In this document: positions 39,484 through 48,546 of the stretch, in pieces
Layout of the letters: every line of letters begins with the position of its first letter
How positions within the stretch are numbered: the first letter of the stretch is position 1
DNA from: an uncultured Planctomycetota bacterium
GTDB lineage: Bacteria; Planctomycetota; Phycisphaerae; Tepidisphaerales; Tepidisphaeraceae
Length of the DNA stretch: 64,000 bases
Assembly: GCA_963841915.1 (NCBI GenBank)
Contig: CAWJEN010000006.1
Location: 608,001 to 672,000 of the forward strand
Direction: 5' to 3'
Made by a program: the position numbers and the translations under genes
The notes under the pieces: model-generated
What the model saw: only the letters and a program-made list of their open reading frames with translations
What the model was told of the DNA's origin: nothing
Databases searched by the model: none

Positions 39484-41133
39484 CTATGAGCTTAGCAAAG
39501 CGGCCTCGTCGTGGGGCGCGTAGAGGTGGTCGAGCTCGAGGTTGTCGACACGTATCTGGGCCGTCTCTGCGTAGAAGCCGAGTCTGCCGTCGCGGAAGGT
39601 GTCATCAACGAGGCTCAGCCGCACGTAGCCGTCGATGCTGAGTTCGATGTACCTGCCGTAAGCGACGAGCTCGAACTCCCAGGGGCCGGCGCGGTCGCTG
39701 AGGAAGTTGGAGTTCTGAATCGCGTTGAAGCTGAAGGCGTGCTCACCGACGCCGTCGTCGTTGGTGGGCGTGACGCCGGGCAGGATAGCGTCAGTGCCGC
39801 TGGCTTCAGGGGCGTCGTGGTAGTTGCTCTTCCAGGCACGCAGTTGGGCGAGACCCTTTTGCAAATCGAGCGACAGGTAGTAGCCGCTGGTGGTCGGTTC
39901 GTTGAGGCGGAAGACGAAGCCGCACTTGCCGCGACCTTCGAGGCTGAGCTTGCCGCGGAGGCGGAAGTCGCGGTGGGTGCCCTGGAGCAGGAAAGTCTCG
40001 AAGCCGGCGTCGCTGCCGAACCAGCAATCGAGGTCGTTGGAGCCGACCTTGCTATCCGGGTTGCCGGCGATGGGTCGCAGCGGTGCGAGGTCGGCGGCGT
40101 GGAGGCTGCGTCGGACGGCTCGATTGAAGCCGTCAAAGCTCTTGAGCATCAGGCGGCCGTCCTCGTGCATGACCAGCCGCTTAGGCGGGGGCATGAGGTT
40201 GCGGGCTTGGCCCCACTTGCTGGCGGCGGGTGATGAACCGGTGAAGTAAAAGTTGAAGATCAGGCGACCCATGCCGTCCAAGTCGCAGACGTCGTTGCTG
40301 CTGGGTGCTTCGCCGCGAAGGCGACCATCGTCGTCGACCTCCTGGGCCTCGACCGGATACACACACGTGCGAGCGGCGTAATTGCCTTGCGGCAAGAGCA
40401 CGTTGTCGAAGTAGTTCCGCCAAGGTCCCTTGAGCGTGTCGGCGTACCAGTACCGCACCTTCACGTCCTCACGGATCGAGCCGATCAGGAAGTACGTCCC
40501 GCCGAGCTTGAACAGGCCCGGCACCTCGACATCGTCGTACCGCCTCGGGTGGTACAAAGGCGGGCGAAACTCCCATTTGTCCCGTTCGACTTCTTCGGCG
40601 ACGGCCACGCAGCCGCGGCGGATCACGGGACCATATTTCACACGCCCGCTCGCCAACAACATCCGCTTGCCACCGTCACAAAAAAACAGCGGGTCGCGGA
40701 AACTGACCCATTTGCGGCCTTCGTTGAGCCCGCTCTCGTAAAACGTCTCACCGCCGCGGGCGACTTCGAGCGGGTACGTGTTGTCGTTGACCTTCGTCCA
40801 GTGAATCAGGTCATCACTGACGGCGAGACCGATTCGCTGGATACGACCGCGTTCGTGCCGACTCAACCCCGTGTAGAACATCCGCCATTTTCCCGGAAGA
40901 TCCGGGTCAGCACTGACGTTCATCGTCCACAGCGCGTCGTCGTCCCAGGCGCCGGGATTACCGATGAACAGTGCATTGTCGATGCGTCGCCAGTTGAGCC
41001 CGTCGTCGCTGACGGCATGGGCGATGTAGTCGTGGTTCGGCAGAACCAGATGAAAGAGGTGAAACGTCCCCTCGTGATAAACGACGTCGACGTCGCCGAT
41101 GTTGCGGGGCTCGAAGCCGACGTCGGAATACAT
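39484..41133 (-). CDS. Glycoside hydrolase family 32-like (five-bladed propeller + beta sandwich)
   Basis: IGDVD..FHLFHL..HAVSDDGLNW, FRDP, DVEVPGLF. Confidence 0.85.
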   Translation of the reverse strand: MYSDVGFEPRNIGDVDVVYHEGTFHLFHLVLPNHDYIAHAVSDDGLNWRRIDNALFIGNPGAWDDDALWTMNVSADPDLPGKWRMFYTGLSRHERGRIQRIGLAVSDDLIHWTKVNDNTYPLEVARGGETFYESGLNEGRKWVSFRDPLFFCDGGKRMLLASGRVKYGPVIRRGCVAVAEEVERDKWEFRPPLYHPRRYDDVEVPGLFKLGGTYFLIGSIREDVKVRYWYADTLKGPWRNYFDNVLLPQGNYAARTCVYPVEAQEVDDDGRLRGEAPSSNDVCDLDGMGRLIFNFYFTGSSPAASKWGQARNLMPPPKRLVMHEDGRLMLKSFDGFNRAVRRSLHAADLAPLRPIAGNPDSKVGSNDLDCWFGSDAGFETFLLQGTHRDFRLRGKLSLEGRGKCGFVFRLNEPTTSGYYLSLDLQKGLAQLRAWKSNYHDAPEASGTDAILPGVTPTNDDGVGEHAFSFNAIQNSNFLSDRAGPWEFELVAYGRYIELSIDGYVRLSLVDDTFRDGRLGFYAETAQIRVDNLELDHLYAPHDEAALLSS

Positions 41134-41163
41134 GGGTGCTAAGGGTAGGCCCGGCCCTACGAA

Positions 41164-41625
41164 TTACAGCTTTTCGTCTTCTTCAGCGATAAGGTCGTAC
41201 ATCTGCCGGGCGGTCTTGGCGGCGAGCAGTTCTTTTCGCACGTCTGCCTTGGCCATGATCTTGCTGACGCGGGCCAGCGCGTTGATGTGCGGGCCTGTCT
41301 TGTCGATCGGGCTCGACAGCAGCCAGACGAGCGAGACGGGCTTGCCGTCGATTGACTCGAAGTCGACGGGCTTGTCGAGGCGGCCCAGCGCCATGACGAG
41401 CTGCTTGACGCCGTCTGTCTTGCCGTGCGGGATGGCCAGGCCGTCACCAATGCCGGTCGTGCGGGTCTTTTCCCGCTCGAGCACAGCCGTCCGCACTTTG
41501 GCGGCGTCGGCGAGGTCGCCGTTGGTGTCGAGCAGGTCGATGAGCTCACCAATGACGCCGACCTTGTCTTCGGCGACCACGGGAAGCTTGACATTTTCGG
41601 GCTTGAGGAGGTCGGTCAGACGCAT
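41164..41625 (-). CDS. ptsN: PTS EIIA component (Ntr/fructose type)
   Basis: VLEREKTRTTGIGDGLAIPHGK, VDFESIDGKPV. Confidence 0.85.
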   Translation of the reverse strand: MRLTDLLKPENVKLPVVAEDKVGVIGELIDLLDTNGDLADAAKVRTAVLEREKTRTTGIGDGLAIPHGKTDGVKQLVMALGRLDKPVDFESIDGKPVSLVWLLSSPIDKTGPHINALARVSKIMAKADVRKELLAAKTARQMYDLIAEEDEKL

Positions 41626-42776
41626 GAGACGAACCGGCGCGGAAGAGGTGGCTCAGAGGAGGGCGTCCCGCGGGAGGCAACAACAGGCGTTGTCGAGGCC
41701 GGGGCGGGCGGCAGTGTAGGCCGCCGACCCTTGACGTTGATAGATGTAACAGCCGAAAGCACCGCATCGACGCCGACGCGGTCGATGCAACTTCTGGCGT
41801 CGTCGTGCAGGCACGTACCCGTCTGCCAGCAGTCGGGCATCTTCAGCGTCGCGTCGTCGCGGTACGGGCAGTCGCACGCCCTACCAAGCCCGCGAGCTTC
41901 GACGTGTCGCGGCAGGATCACGTTGGCACTGCTCGGCCCGAACAGCCCAACCACCGGCAGGCCGACCGCAGCAGCGATGTGCATCAAGCCCGTGTCATTC
42001 CCGACGTACAGGCCGCACCGCTTCAGCAACGCCGCCTGGTGGAGCAACGGCTCAGGCCCCACGACCGTCGCCTGCCTTTGTTCGGAGAACTGCTCTGCCG
42101 CCGATGTATCGTCGCCGCAAAAGACGAATACGCGGCCGTGCTCCGTGGCAAGTTGCTCCAGTACGGCCTCGAACCGCTGGGCCGGCCACCGCTTGAGGTC
42201 GAGCGACGCGACCGGTGCGACCGCCGCAGGCACGTCGTTGCCGACCATGTCATCGGCCCACGCCTCGTCTTCGTCACGAAGCGTCAGCGCCGGACTTGCG
42301 TCTTCGTCAATATCCACGCCCCAGCCCGACGCTGCGGCCAAGGTGGAGGCACGGGTCAAGCCCTCACCGCGTCGGGTGGCTGCGTCCTGCACCGCTTGGT
42401 CGCACTCCACGCTAACGTAGCCGAGCGACCAGATGATCTCTCGGACCGCGGCTGCAGCGTGCAGCGTGTCGAGGACAAGATCGAACCGCCGCTGCCCGTC
42501 CAGCCACGCCGCAAATTCCGGTGCCTCGTTGATGCCGATGTGGTCGACGCCCTTTGACCGGACGTCCACAACCTCATCGACAATGTCACCCGCTTCGAGC
42601 AACTGAGTTGCCGGCGACGCACCGACGGCAACGACATGTGCCCCCGGCGTCACGCGACGCAAAGCGCCAAGAGCGGGCAGCTGCATCACGAGGTCACCGA
42701 TGCCCCAGCGGAGGCACACCAGCACGCGTCTGGCAGCAGCAAAATCATCTCGTCGGTACGGCAAACGAATGGACAC
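41616..42776 (-). CDS. Glycosyltransferase family 9 (heptosyltransferase-like)
   Basis: GIGDLVM, KRWPAQRF, VGNDTGLMHIAAAVGLPVVGLFGPS. Confidence 0.9.
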   Translation of the reverse strand: MSIRLPYRRDDFAAARRVLVCLRWGIGDLVMQLPALGALRRVTPGAHVVAVGASPATQLLEAGDIVDEVVDVRSKGVDHIGINEAPEFAAWLDGQRRFDLVLDTLHAAAAVREIIWSLGYVSVECDQAVQDAATRRGEGLTRASTLAAASGWGVDIDEDASPALTLRDEDEAWADDMVGNDVPAAVAPVASLDLKRWPAQRFEAVLEQLATEHGRVFVFCGDDTSAAEQFSEQRQATVVGPEPLLHQAALLKRCGLYVGNDTGLMHIAAAVGLPVVGLFGPSSANVILPRHVEARGLGRACDCPYRDDATLKMPDCWQTGTCLHDDARSCIDRVGVDAVLSAVTSINVKGRRPTLPPAPASTTPVVASRGTPSSEPPLPRRFVSCV

Positions 42777-42875
42777 GACGCCACCCTAAGACGACCGCCA
42801 GCAGTAACAATCTCCGTCTTTTTGCCGGCGTTCCTGCACGACAAGCTGCCTGCGCCCATGCCACCAGGAGCAGGC

Positions 42876-43613
42876 TTACTCGGTCAACGCCTCGTCGGGA
42901 ATGTCGGCGTTGTGGCTGACGCTTTGCACGTCGTCGTTGTCCTCGAGGTTGTCGATCAGCGTCAGCACCTTGCGGGCCGTCTCGACGTCGAGCTCGATCA
43001 GGTTCTGCGCGATGTTCGTCAGCTCGCTCGACTCCAAAGGCACCTCGGCCGCTTCGAGCGCGTCCTTCACTTGTGCGTAGTTCGTCGCCTCGCAGTAAAT
43101 GACGAAACCCTCGCCTTCGTTTTGTACATCGCTCGCGCCGGCTTCGAGGGCGACGTCCATCAGCTTCTCCTCACTCATCGCGCCGGCGTCGACGGCAAAC
43201 ACGCCCATCAGGTCGAACTGATACGCGACGCTTCCGCTTGTGCCGAGACTGCCACCCGACCGGCCGAAGATAACGCGCATCTCCGGTGCTGTGCGGGCAC
43301 GATTGTCGGTGAGCACGTCGACGAGCACCGCCACACCGGCCGGGCCGTAGCCCTCGTAGACCACATCTTCGTAGTTTTCACCACCGGCTTCGCCACTGCC
43401 CTTGGCGATGGCGTTTTCGATCGTGTGCTTGGGCATGTTGGCCGCCTTGGCCTCGTCGATGACGTAGCGGAGCGAGAGGTTGTCCCGCGGATCGGCACCC
43501 GCCTTGGCCGCGACCATCATCTTCTTGGCGATCTTGCCCCAGACCTTGGCCCGCTTCTTATCGATCGCGGCCTTCTTGTGCTTGATGTTCGCCCATTTGG
43601 AGTGACCTGCCAT
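42876..43613 (-). CDS. yebC: YebC/PmpR family protein
   Basis: MAGHSKWANIKHKK, YEGYGPAG, TDNRART, LEDNDDVQSV. Confidence 0.96.
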   Translation of the reverse strand: MAGHSKWANIKHKKAAIDKKRAKVWGKIAKKMMVAAKAGADPRDNLSLRYVIDEAKAANMPKHTIENAIAKGSGEAGGENYEDVVYEGYGPAGVAVLVDVLTDNRARTAPEMRVIFGRSGGSLGTSGSVAYQFDLMGVFAVDAGAMSEEKLMDVALEAGASDVQNEGEGFVIYCEATNYAQVKDALEAAEVPLESSELTNIAQNLIELDVETARKVLTLIDNLEDNDDVQSVSHNADIPDEALTE

Positions 43614-43673
43614 AGACGGGGAATGTAGGGGCTGTCCGAATGCGCCGCCCGAAACACCGCGATCGTCGGGAAC

Positions 43674-43834
43674 CCGGCACTCCGACCTCCGCACACCCCA
43701 TTCAGACGTCGACATCCCGCACCGATGCGCCGAACCTTAACGCCCAGGCGTCAAACCTCCGCCTTGCAACGTCTAACCCTCTCGCTCCAACGCCCGACCG
43801 GCAACTTCCACCGTCCAAACGCCGGCTTCCAACG
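43674..43834. repeat. Degenerate heptamer tract (about 23 units, 21-bp super-period)
   Basis: In-register units tccgacc tccgcac .. tcaaacc tccgcct tgcaacg tctaacc .. tccaacg cccgacc .. tccaccg tccaaac .. tccaacg. Confidence 0.7.
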
Positions 43835-43850
43835 CGTGACCGTCTTCCCC

Positions 43851-43869
43851 AAGGGGGGTCCGACCCCTT
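43851..43869. repeat. REP-like palindrome GGGGTC-C-GACCCC
   Basis: AAGGGGGGTCCGACCCCTT; sister copy at 46141. Confidence 0.75.
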
Positions 43870-44560
43870 CCTGCTTCCCCTCGTACACCGCGACGCCGCC
43901 GGCTGGGGCCTGTGCGCCCGCAGCCGCAAGCGCACGCCGGACGTCGGCAGCGACCCCGCCCACCCCGACCTCTCCGCCCGCGACGCGGCGGTGGTGGGGT
44001 GAGCCACAGGACATACGGAGGCGACGCCGCCAAACAAACGATGTCCCCGTTAAGGCTCGCGGGGCTGCCGACTGCTTCGTCCGCCGCCCGCCCCGACCGA
44101 GCCCGCCCGCCGATTCTCGTGCCGGCCCGTAAAATATGGCGTGTTGGCGACTGCCACGCGTCCGACGCCCGAGAACGAGGGCTTAGAACGCTTGCTACGT
44201 GGCACAGCAGGCGTGTCTCGAATGACGCAGAACCCGTGCTTCGCGACGTAGCACGCGTTCTCAAAGACGCAGCAGACGTAGGTCGTGCTTCAGCACGACG
44301 CGAGGCCCATCCGCTCCCGATCCCGTCGTGGAACGGCACGACCCACCAGGAAGCACGAGTTCGCGGTCGCCCTTGGGCGACGCTCGCGAACTCGCCCGAC
44401 CCGTCGCCCAGGGGCGAACGCAAATACCCAACAAAGATTTGGCGACGTGGCTGATCGTCTCGCTTGCAACTGAGACCGCTTACCCACACGATCTGTGTTT
44501 GTTAGATTTCCGGGTGGTGGGCCGCGGCCCACTGACGAGCCTTCTTCTCGCTCACAGAAC

Positions 44561-45707
44561 ATGGACCTCATCGACGCCGTTACACGTCTTGCCGCTCGTC
44601 TGCCGCAGCAGATGCCCCTGCTCACAACGGAGGAGGCGACGAAGAATGCTCTCGTCATGCCGCTCATCAACGCCGCTCGGCTACAACGTCTTTGATCCCT
44701 CGGAAGTCGTGCCGGAGTTCACGGCCGATGTCGGCATCAAGAAGGGCGAGAAGGTCGACTACGCGATCTTCATCGACGCAAAGCCGATGATCCTTGTCGA
44801 GTGCAAGACGATCGGGACGCCGCTCGACCTCAAACACGCTTCGCAGCTTTATCGATATTTTTCCACGACGGAAGCGCGGTTTGCGATGCTCACGAATGGT
44901 GTCGAGTATTGGTTCTACACAGACATTGACGCTCCGAACAAGATGGACGCAAAGCCGTTCTTCGAGTTCTCGATGCTCGATGTTTCCGAGCGCTCCGTGA
45001 GCGAGCTGAAGAAATTCTCACGCGCCACCTTCAACCTCGATTCGATTCTTAGTGATGCAAGCGAACTGAAGTACCTCAAGCAGTTGAAGCGGTGCCTTGA
45101 TGACGAGTACGACTCGCCGTCGGAGGACTTCGTTAAGCTTTTGACCTCCCGTGTCTATGAAGGGCAGTTTCGTTCATCAGTGAAGGATCAGTTCACGGCT
45201 CTCGTGACGCGTGCAATCCGCGAGTTTGTGCGTGATCGAGTCAACAGTCGCTTGAAGCAGGCAATCGACGGAAGTGCGACCGTCCAAGATGAGCCGGCCG
45301 AATTGAACGGTAGGGACGAGAGCAATGCTGACGAATCAGCAGACGGGATCATGACGACGGCGGAGGAATTGGAAGCCTTCCACATCGTTCGCGCGATCCT
45401 GGCCCGCGATGTAAGTCCGTCACGGGTTGTGATGCGCGATACCAAGAGCTACTGCGGCGTGCTGCTCGATGACAACAACCGCAAACCGATCTGCCGCCTG
45501 CGCTTCAACCACGGCCAAAAGTATCTGTCGCTTTTCGACGCGCAGAAACAGGAGCAGCGAGTTCCAATCGATCAGCCGACTGACATCTTCAAGCACGCTG
45601 AGGAGCTACACACGACGGTTCTTCGCTACGATGGCAAGCTAGATGACGCATCCGCAACAAGTGAAGCGTCAAGCGAAGTCGTCGCGGCCGAAGAGCCGGC
45701 ATCCTGA
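44561..45707 (+). pseudogene. Type I restriction HsdR-N-like (PD-(D/E)XK) endonuclease, +1 frameshift near 44673
   Basis: MDLIDA..TEEATKNALVMPLINA then frame change to LGYNVFDPSEVVPEFTADVGIKKGEKVDYAI..ILVECK..QLYRYF..LTNG; AAC GC(C)G CTC GGC TAC has one extra C. Confidence 0.85.
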
Positions 45708-45745
45708 AGCCGCACCGTTAGGTCGTCTTGACGAGCGTACATCTA

Positions 45746-45925
45746 TCACGCCTCCGGCAGCAGCTTCTCCGGCGTTTGCAGGAGCTGCAGGATCGCGTTG
45801 AGGCCGCCGACGGCCGTGCCGCCGTCGACGACGCGGTGGTCGCAGGTCAGGCTCAGGGGCAGCAGCTTGCCGACGCCTAACATGCGGTTCTTCACCACCA
45901 CGCCCTCGCGGCCGCGGCCGACGGC
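45746..45925 (-). pseudogene. Orphan 3' end of a 2-oxoacid dehydrogenase E2 (dihydrolipoamide acyltransferase) gene
   Basis: AVGRGREGVVVKNRMLGVGKLLPLSLTCDHRVVDGGTAVGGLNAILQLLQTPEKLLPEA* with the catalytic DHRxxDG motif; no upstream gene body. Confidence 0.85.
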
Positions 45926-46007
45926 GTGGCCACGACCCGGGTCAGAAACGGGAACATCGCTCGTCTCGTCACCGAGCTACTCCCGAGCCAGCACTTTGCT
46001 TGGGGTC

Positions 46008-46139
46008 CTACGTCATGATGAGTTCGAAACCGACAAGGCGCTCGCGGCGGTTGATGACGGCGTGGGCAACGACGGTGTAGACGGATAGGAGGATCAGCAC
46101 CGGAACACCGGCGAGGATGCCGAGGCCGACGTGGCTTAG
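46008..46139 (-). pseudogene. Orphan 3' end of a membrane-protein gene
   Basis: LSHVGLGILAGVPVLILLSVYTVVAHAVINRRERLVGFELIMT* with no start codon; begins right after the REP-like palindrome. Confidence 0.5.
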
Positions 46140-46140
46140 C

Positions 46141-46158
46141 AAAGGGGTCCGACCCTTT
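46141..46158. repeat. REP-like palindrome AAAGGGGTC-C-GACCCTTT
   Basis: Near-identical to 43851-43869. Confidence 0.75.
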
Positions 46159-46198
46159 ATCTGCTCCACGGCACCCGAACCGTGACGACGTGGTGAGC

Positions 46199-46797
46199 TC
46201 AGCGAGCCGACGGAGCAGGCAGGTGGCGGCGAGTGTCGCGACGGCGGCGGAGGCGGGTTCGGGGACGATTGTGACCGTCAGGTCCGTGCCGTTCGAGAGC
46301 GTCGTGGTATAGGAGCCGCTGTCGAAGAAGCCCAGCTCGCCGATCGTCGTGTCGGTGTAGATCGAGGAGCTCGCGAGCGGATCGCCAGAGACAAAACCCG
46401 CTGGCACGTAGACGCTGACGCCGCCGCCGAAGAAGGGGATGCGTTGGGCGAAGCCGACGTAATCGCTTCGCGTCGGGCCGACAACGCCGTCGGGGGAGGC
46501 AGTAGCGAGGAAGCCGTCGCCGAACGCAGTCGCATTCATGGTATTTTCGATGAAGAGCAGCGCGTTCGGGTCTTCGGCACCCGTCATGATCGCAGGTGCG
46601 TCGGGAATGACCGTCAGGTCCGGCGGGCCGAAGGCGAGGCTGTCCGGCGTCAGACCGGTCAGGTCGATGCTGCCGGAGCCGGTGATGACAACGTCGTCGC
46701 CGACCTGGTCGACGAGGTACGCAAAGTCGGCGGAGGCAGCGGAGGACAAAGCAGCCACGGCAGCGGTAGCAAGGATCATTCGGTGGATCATGTGCAT
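46199..46797 (-). CDS. PEP-CTERM sorting domain protein (probable 1-nt deletion just before the stop)
   Basis: Signal peptide, VVITGSGSIDLTGL, VPEPASAAVATLAATCLLRR; CGT CGG CT CGC TGA would read RRRR* with one more base, otherwise the ORF runs to 45892. Confidence 0.85.
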
Positions 46798-46916
46798 TTT
46801 CTCGTTCTCGTGATGAGCATCAGCGGATGCGAACCGGTCGCACTCGCTCCCCTCATTAAGTCAAACTACCTTGATCGGTGGACCGCGTGTGAGCAAGCGC
46901 GAGATTCGCCGAGCTC

Positions 46917-47472
46917 TGGTGCTACGGTCTGAGCCGCATTCCGATGCGGGCAAACCGTGTCGAAGACCGTGTTGCGCTGACTGGCGTCGCCGACACGGCT
47001 TGCCCGCCGCAGACGGCGGCTCAAGCCGTGGCACCAGGCATCTTGCACGACCCACATCTCATTCTGCGCGATCAGGAGCCAACCTTGCGCGACCACGAAC
47101 CAGACTTGCGCGGGAACAATAAGAGAATGCAGCTTGGTGCCACGGTTTGAGCCGCATTCCGATGCGGGCAAACCGTGTCCGGGACCGTGTTGCGGCGCAC
47201 TACGTCACCGACACGGCTTGCCCGCCGCAGACGGCGGCTCAAGCCGTGGCACCAGGCATCTTGCGCGACCCACATCTCATTCTGCGCGATCAGGAGCCAA
47301 CCTTGCGCGACCACGAACCAGACTTGCGCGGGAACAATAAGAGAATGCAGCTTGGTGCCACGGTTTGAGCCGCATTCCGATGCGGGCAACCCGTGTCCGG
47401 AACCGTGTTGCGGCGCACGACGTCACCGACACGGCTTGCCCGCCGCAGACGGCGGCTCAAGCCGTGGCACCA
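46917..47472. repeat. 218-bp tandem array: three 120-bp REPIN-like hairpins with two near-identical 98-bp linkers
   Basis: Hairpins at 46917-47036, 47135-47254, 47353-47472 (TGGTGCCACGGTTTGAGCCGC..GCGGCTCAAGCCGTGGCACCA). Confidence 0.95.
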
Positions 47473-47485
47473 GGCCCTTGACCCC

Positions 47486-48169
47486 TCATCTGTCCTTAGC
47501 TTTCTCCTCTGCCCACTTGTCTTCGCTCATCTGCCACCAGCCCTTCTTTTCCTTCGGCGGCTCCTGCAACCCAACCCCGACGCTGTAGGTGTACTGCCCT
47601 TCGCCGGTAGCGTTGTAGATGATGATAGATCTCGAGAAGCCGTTGACCACGGCCGACTCAAGGCGCACCATGTTCGTCGACATGTTGATGTCGAAATTTC
47701 GGTCGCTCGTGGCGAGACGCAGCCAGCGGTCGACCTTGTCCTGGTTCTCGACGCTCCAGCATCCCCACTGGTTCATCGCGGCCTTCACCCGGACCGCGTT
47801 CTCCTCGGCATCGCTGCCGTGCATCAGGAACTTGAGAGCGAGAATCTCGCCGTCGTCGGTCTGCCGGACCTGAACCAGATCCGGCTCGATCAGGTGCGTC
47901 TCGCCGCTCGGCAAGATGAGCTCCACCCGGTCGGGTTCGAGGTACGTCGGCCCCTGCCCCGGCTGGTGCGGGCGGACCGGAACCCCGACCTCCCGCGGGT
48001 GCCGTTCGTCAGTGATGTGCCAGCGGACGACATCCCGCGACGGGTCCGACACCTCCATGGCGGACCACACGAGGCAGGGTAGGGTCGCAACGGCGACTAC
48101 CAGAATGCCACACGCTGAAAGTAAAGCTTGCATTGAAACGTGTTTCGGCCGTGACGGCTCAGGGCCCAT
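47486..48169 (-). CDS. Hypothetical protein with N-terminal TM/signal
   Basis: 227-aa ORF with GC3-rich codons and a hydrophobic N-terminus; start may be 48133. Confidence 0.65.
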   Translation of the reverse strand: MGPEPSRPKHVSMQALLSACGILVVAVATLPCLVWSAMEVSDPSRDVVRWHITDERHPREVGVPVRPHQPGQGPTYLEPDRVELILPSGETHLIEPDLVQVRQTDDGEILALKFLMHGSDAEENAVRVKAAMNQWGCWSVENQDKVDRWLRLATSDRNFDINMSTNMVRLESAVVNGFSRSIIIYNATGEGQYTYSVGVGLQEPPKEKKGWWQMSEDKWAEEKAKDR

Positions 48170-48186
48170 TCGGAGTAGATGGAGCC

Positions 48187-48262
48187 GGGTGCCACGACAC
48201 GACGTGCAGTGACACCCAACGGCTCAAGAACCACCGCGCCACGGCGTCAGGGCGTGACGCGG
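48187..48262. repeat. Degenerate short relatives of the GGTGCCAC..GTGGCACC hairpin
   Basis: GGGTGCCAC/GTGACACCC and CCGCGCCACG/CGTGACGCGG stems with CGGCTCAAG between them. Confidence 0.55.
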
Positions 48263-48528
48263 CCCAGCACCGTCGCCAGATCCCCGCGGAGCAGGGCGGC
48301 GGGGTCGAGGATCAGGCCGGGGAAGAGGTTGCTTTCGACAAGGCCGTCGGCGTCGGGCGTTATGGCGAGGTAGCGGTCATACTGGCGTGTGACTCGCCGT
48401 GCGTGAACGGAACGTCGCTGCGGATGACGACCGTGCCGTTGAGGAGCTGCGCCCGCGTGTGGGGCATCTGCTCGTAGCGACGCATGAACGCGTCGGCTGT
48501 TCATTGATCACCAGTCTCGCAACAGCAT
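48247..48528 (-). pseudogene. Internally deleted Uma2 (DUF820) endonuclease remnant
   Basis: ETGDQ*TADAFMRRYEQMPHTRAQLLNGTV..HGESHA (N-terminus) joined out of frame to YLAITPDADGLVESNLFPGLILDPAALLRGDLATVL (C-terminus). Confidence 0.8.
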
Positions 48529-48546
48529 GGCGACCACTGTACAGAC

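Noticed and set aside
43614..44560. RNase P RNA, tmRNA or a protein-coding gene in the long gap
   Set aside because: No GAGGAAAGTCC or tRNA-like ends found; the ORFs are low-complexity Arg/Pro-rich shadows
46917..47472. CRISPR array
   Set aside because: Repeats are 120 bp, the linkers are near-identical rather than unique spacers, and there are no cas genes
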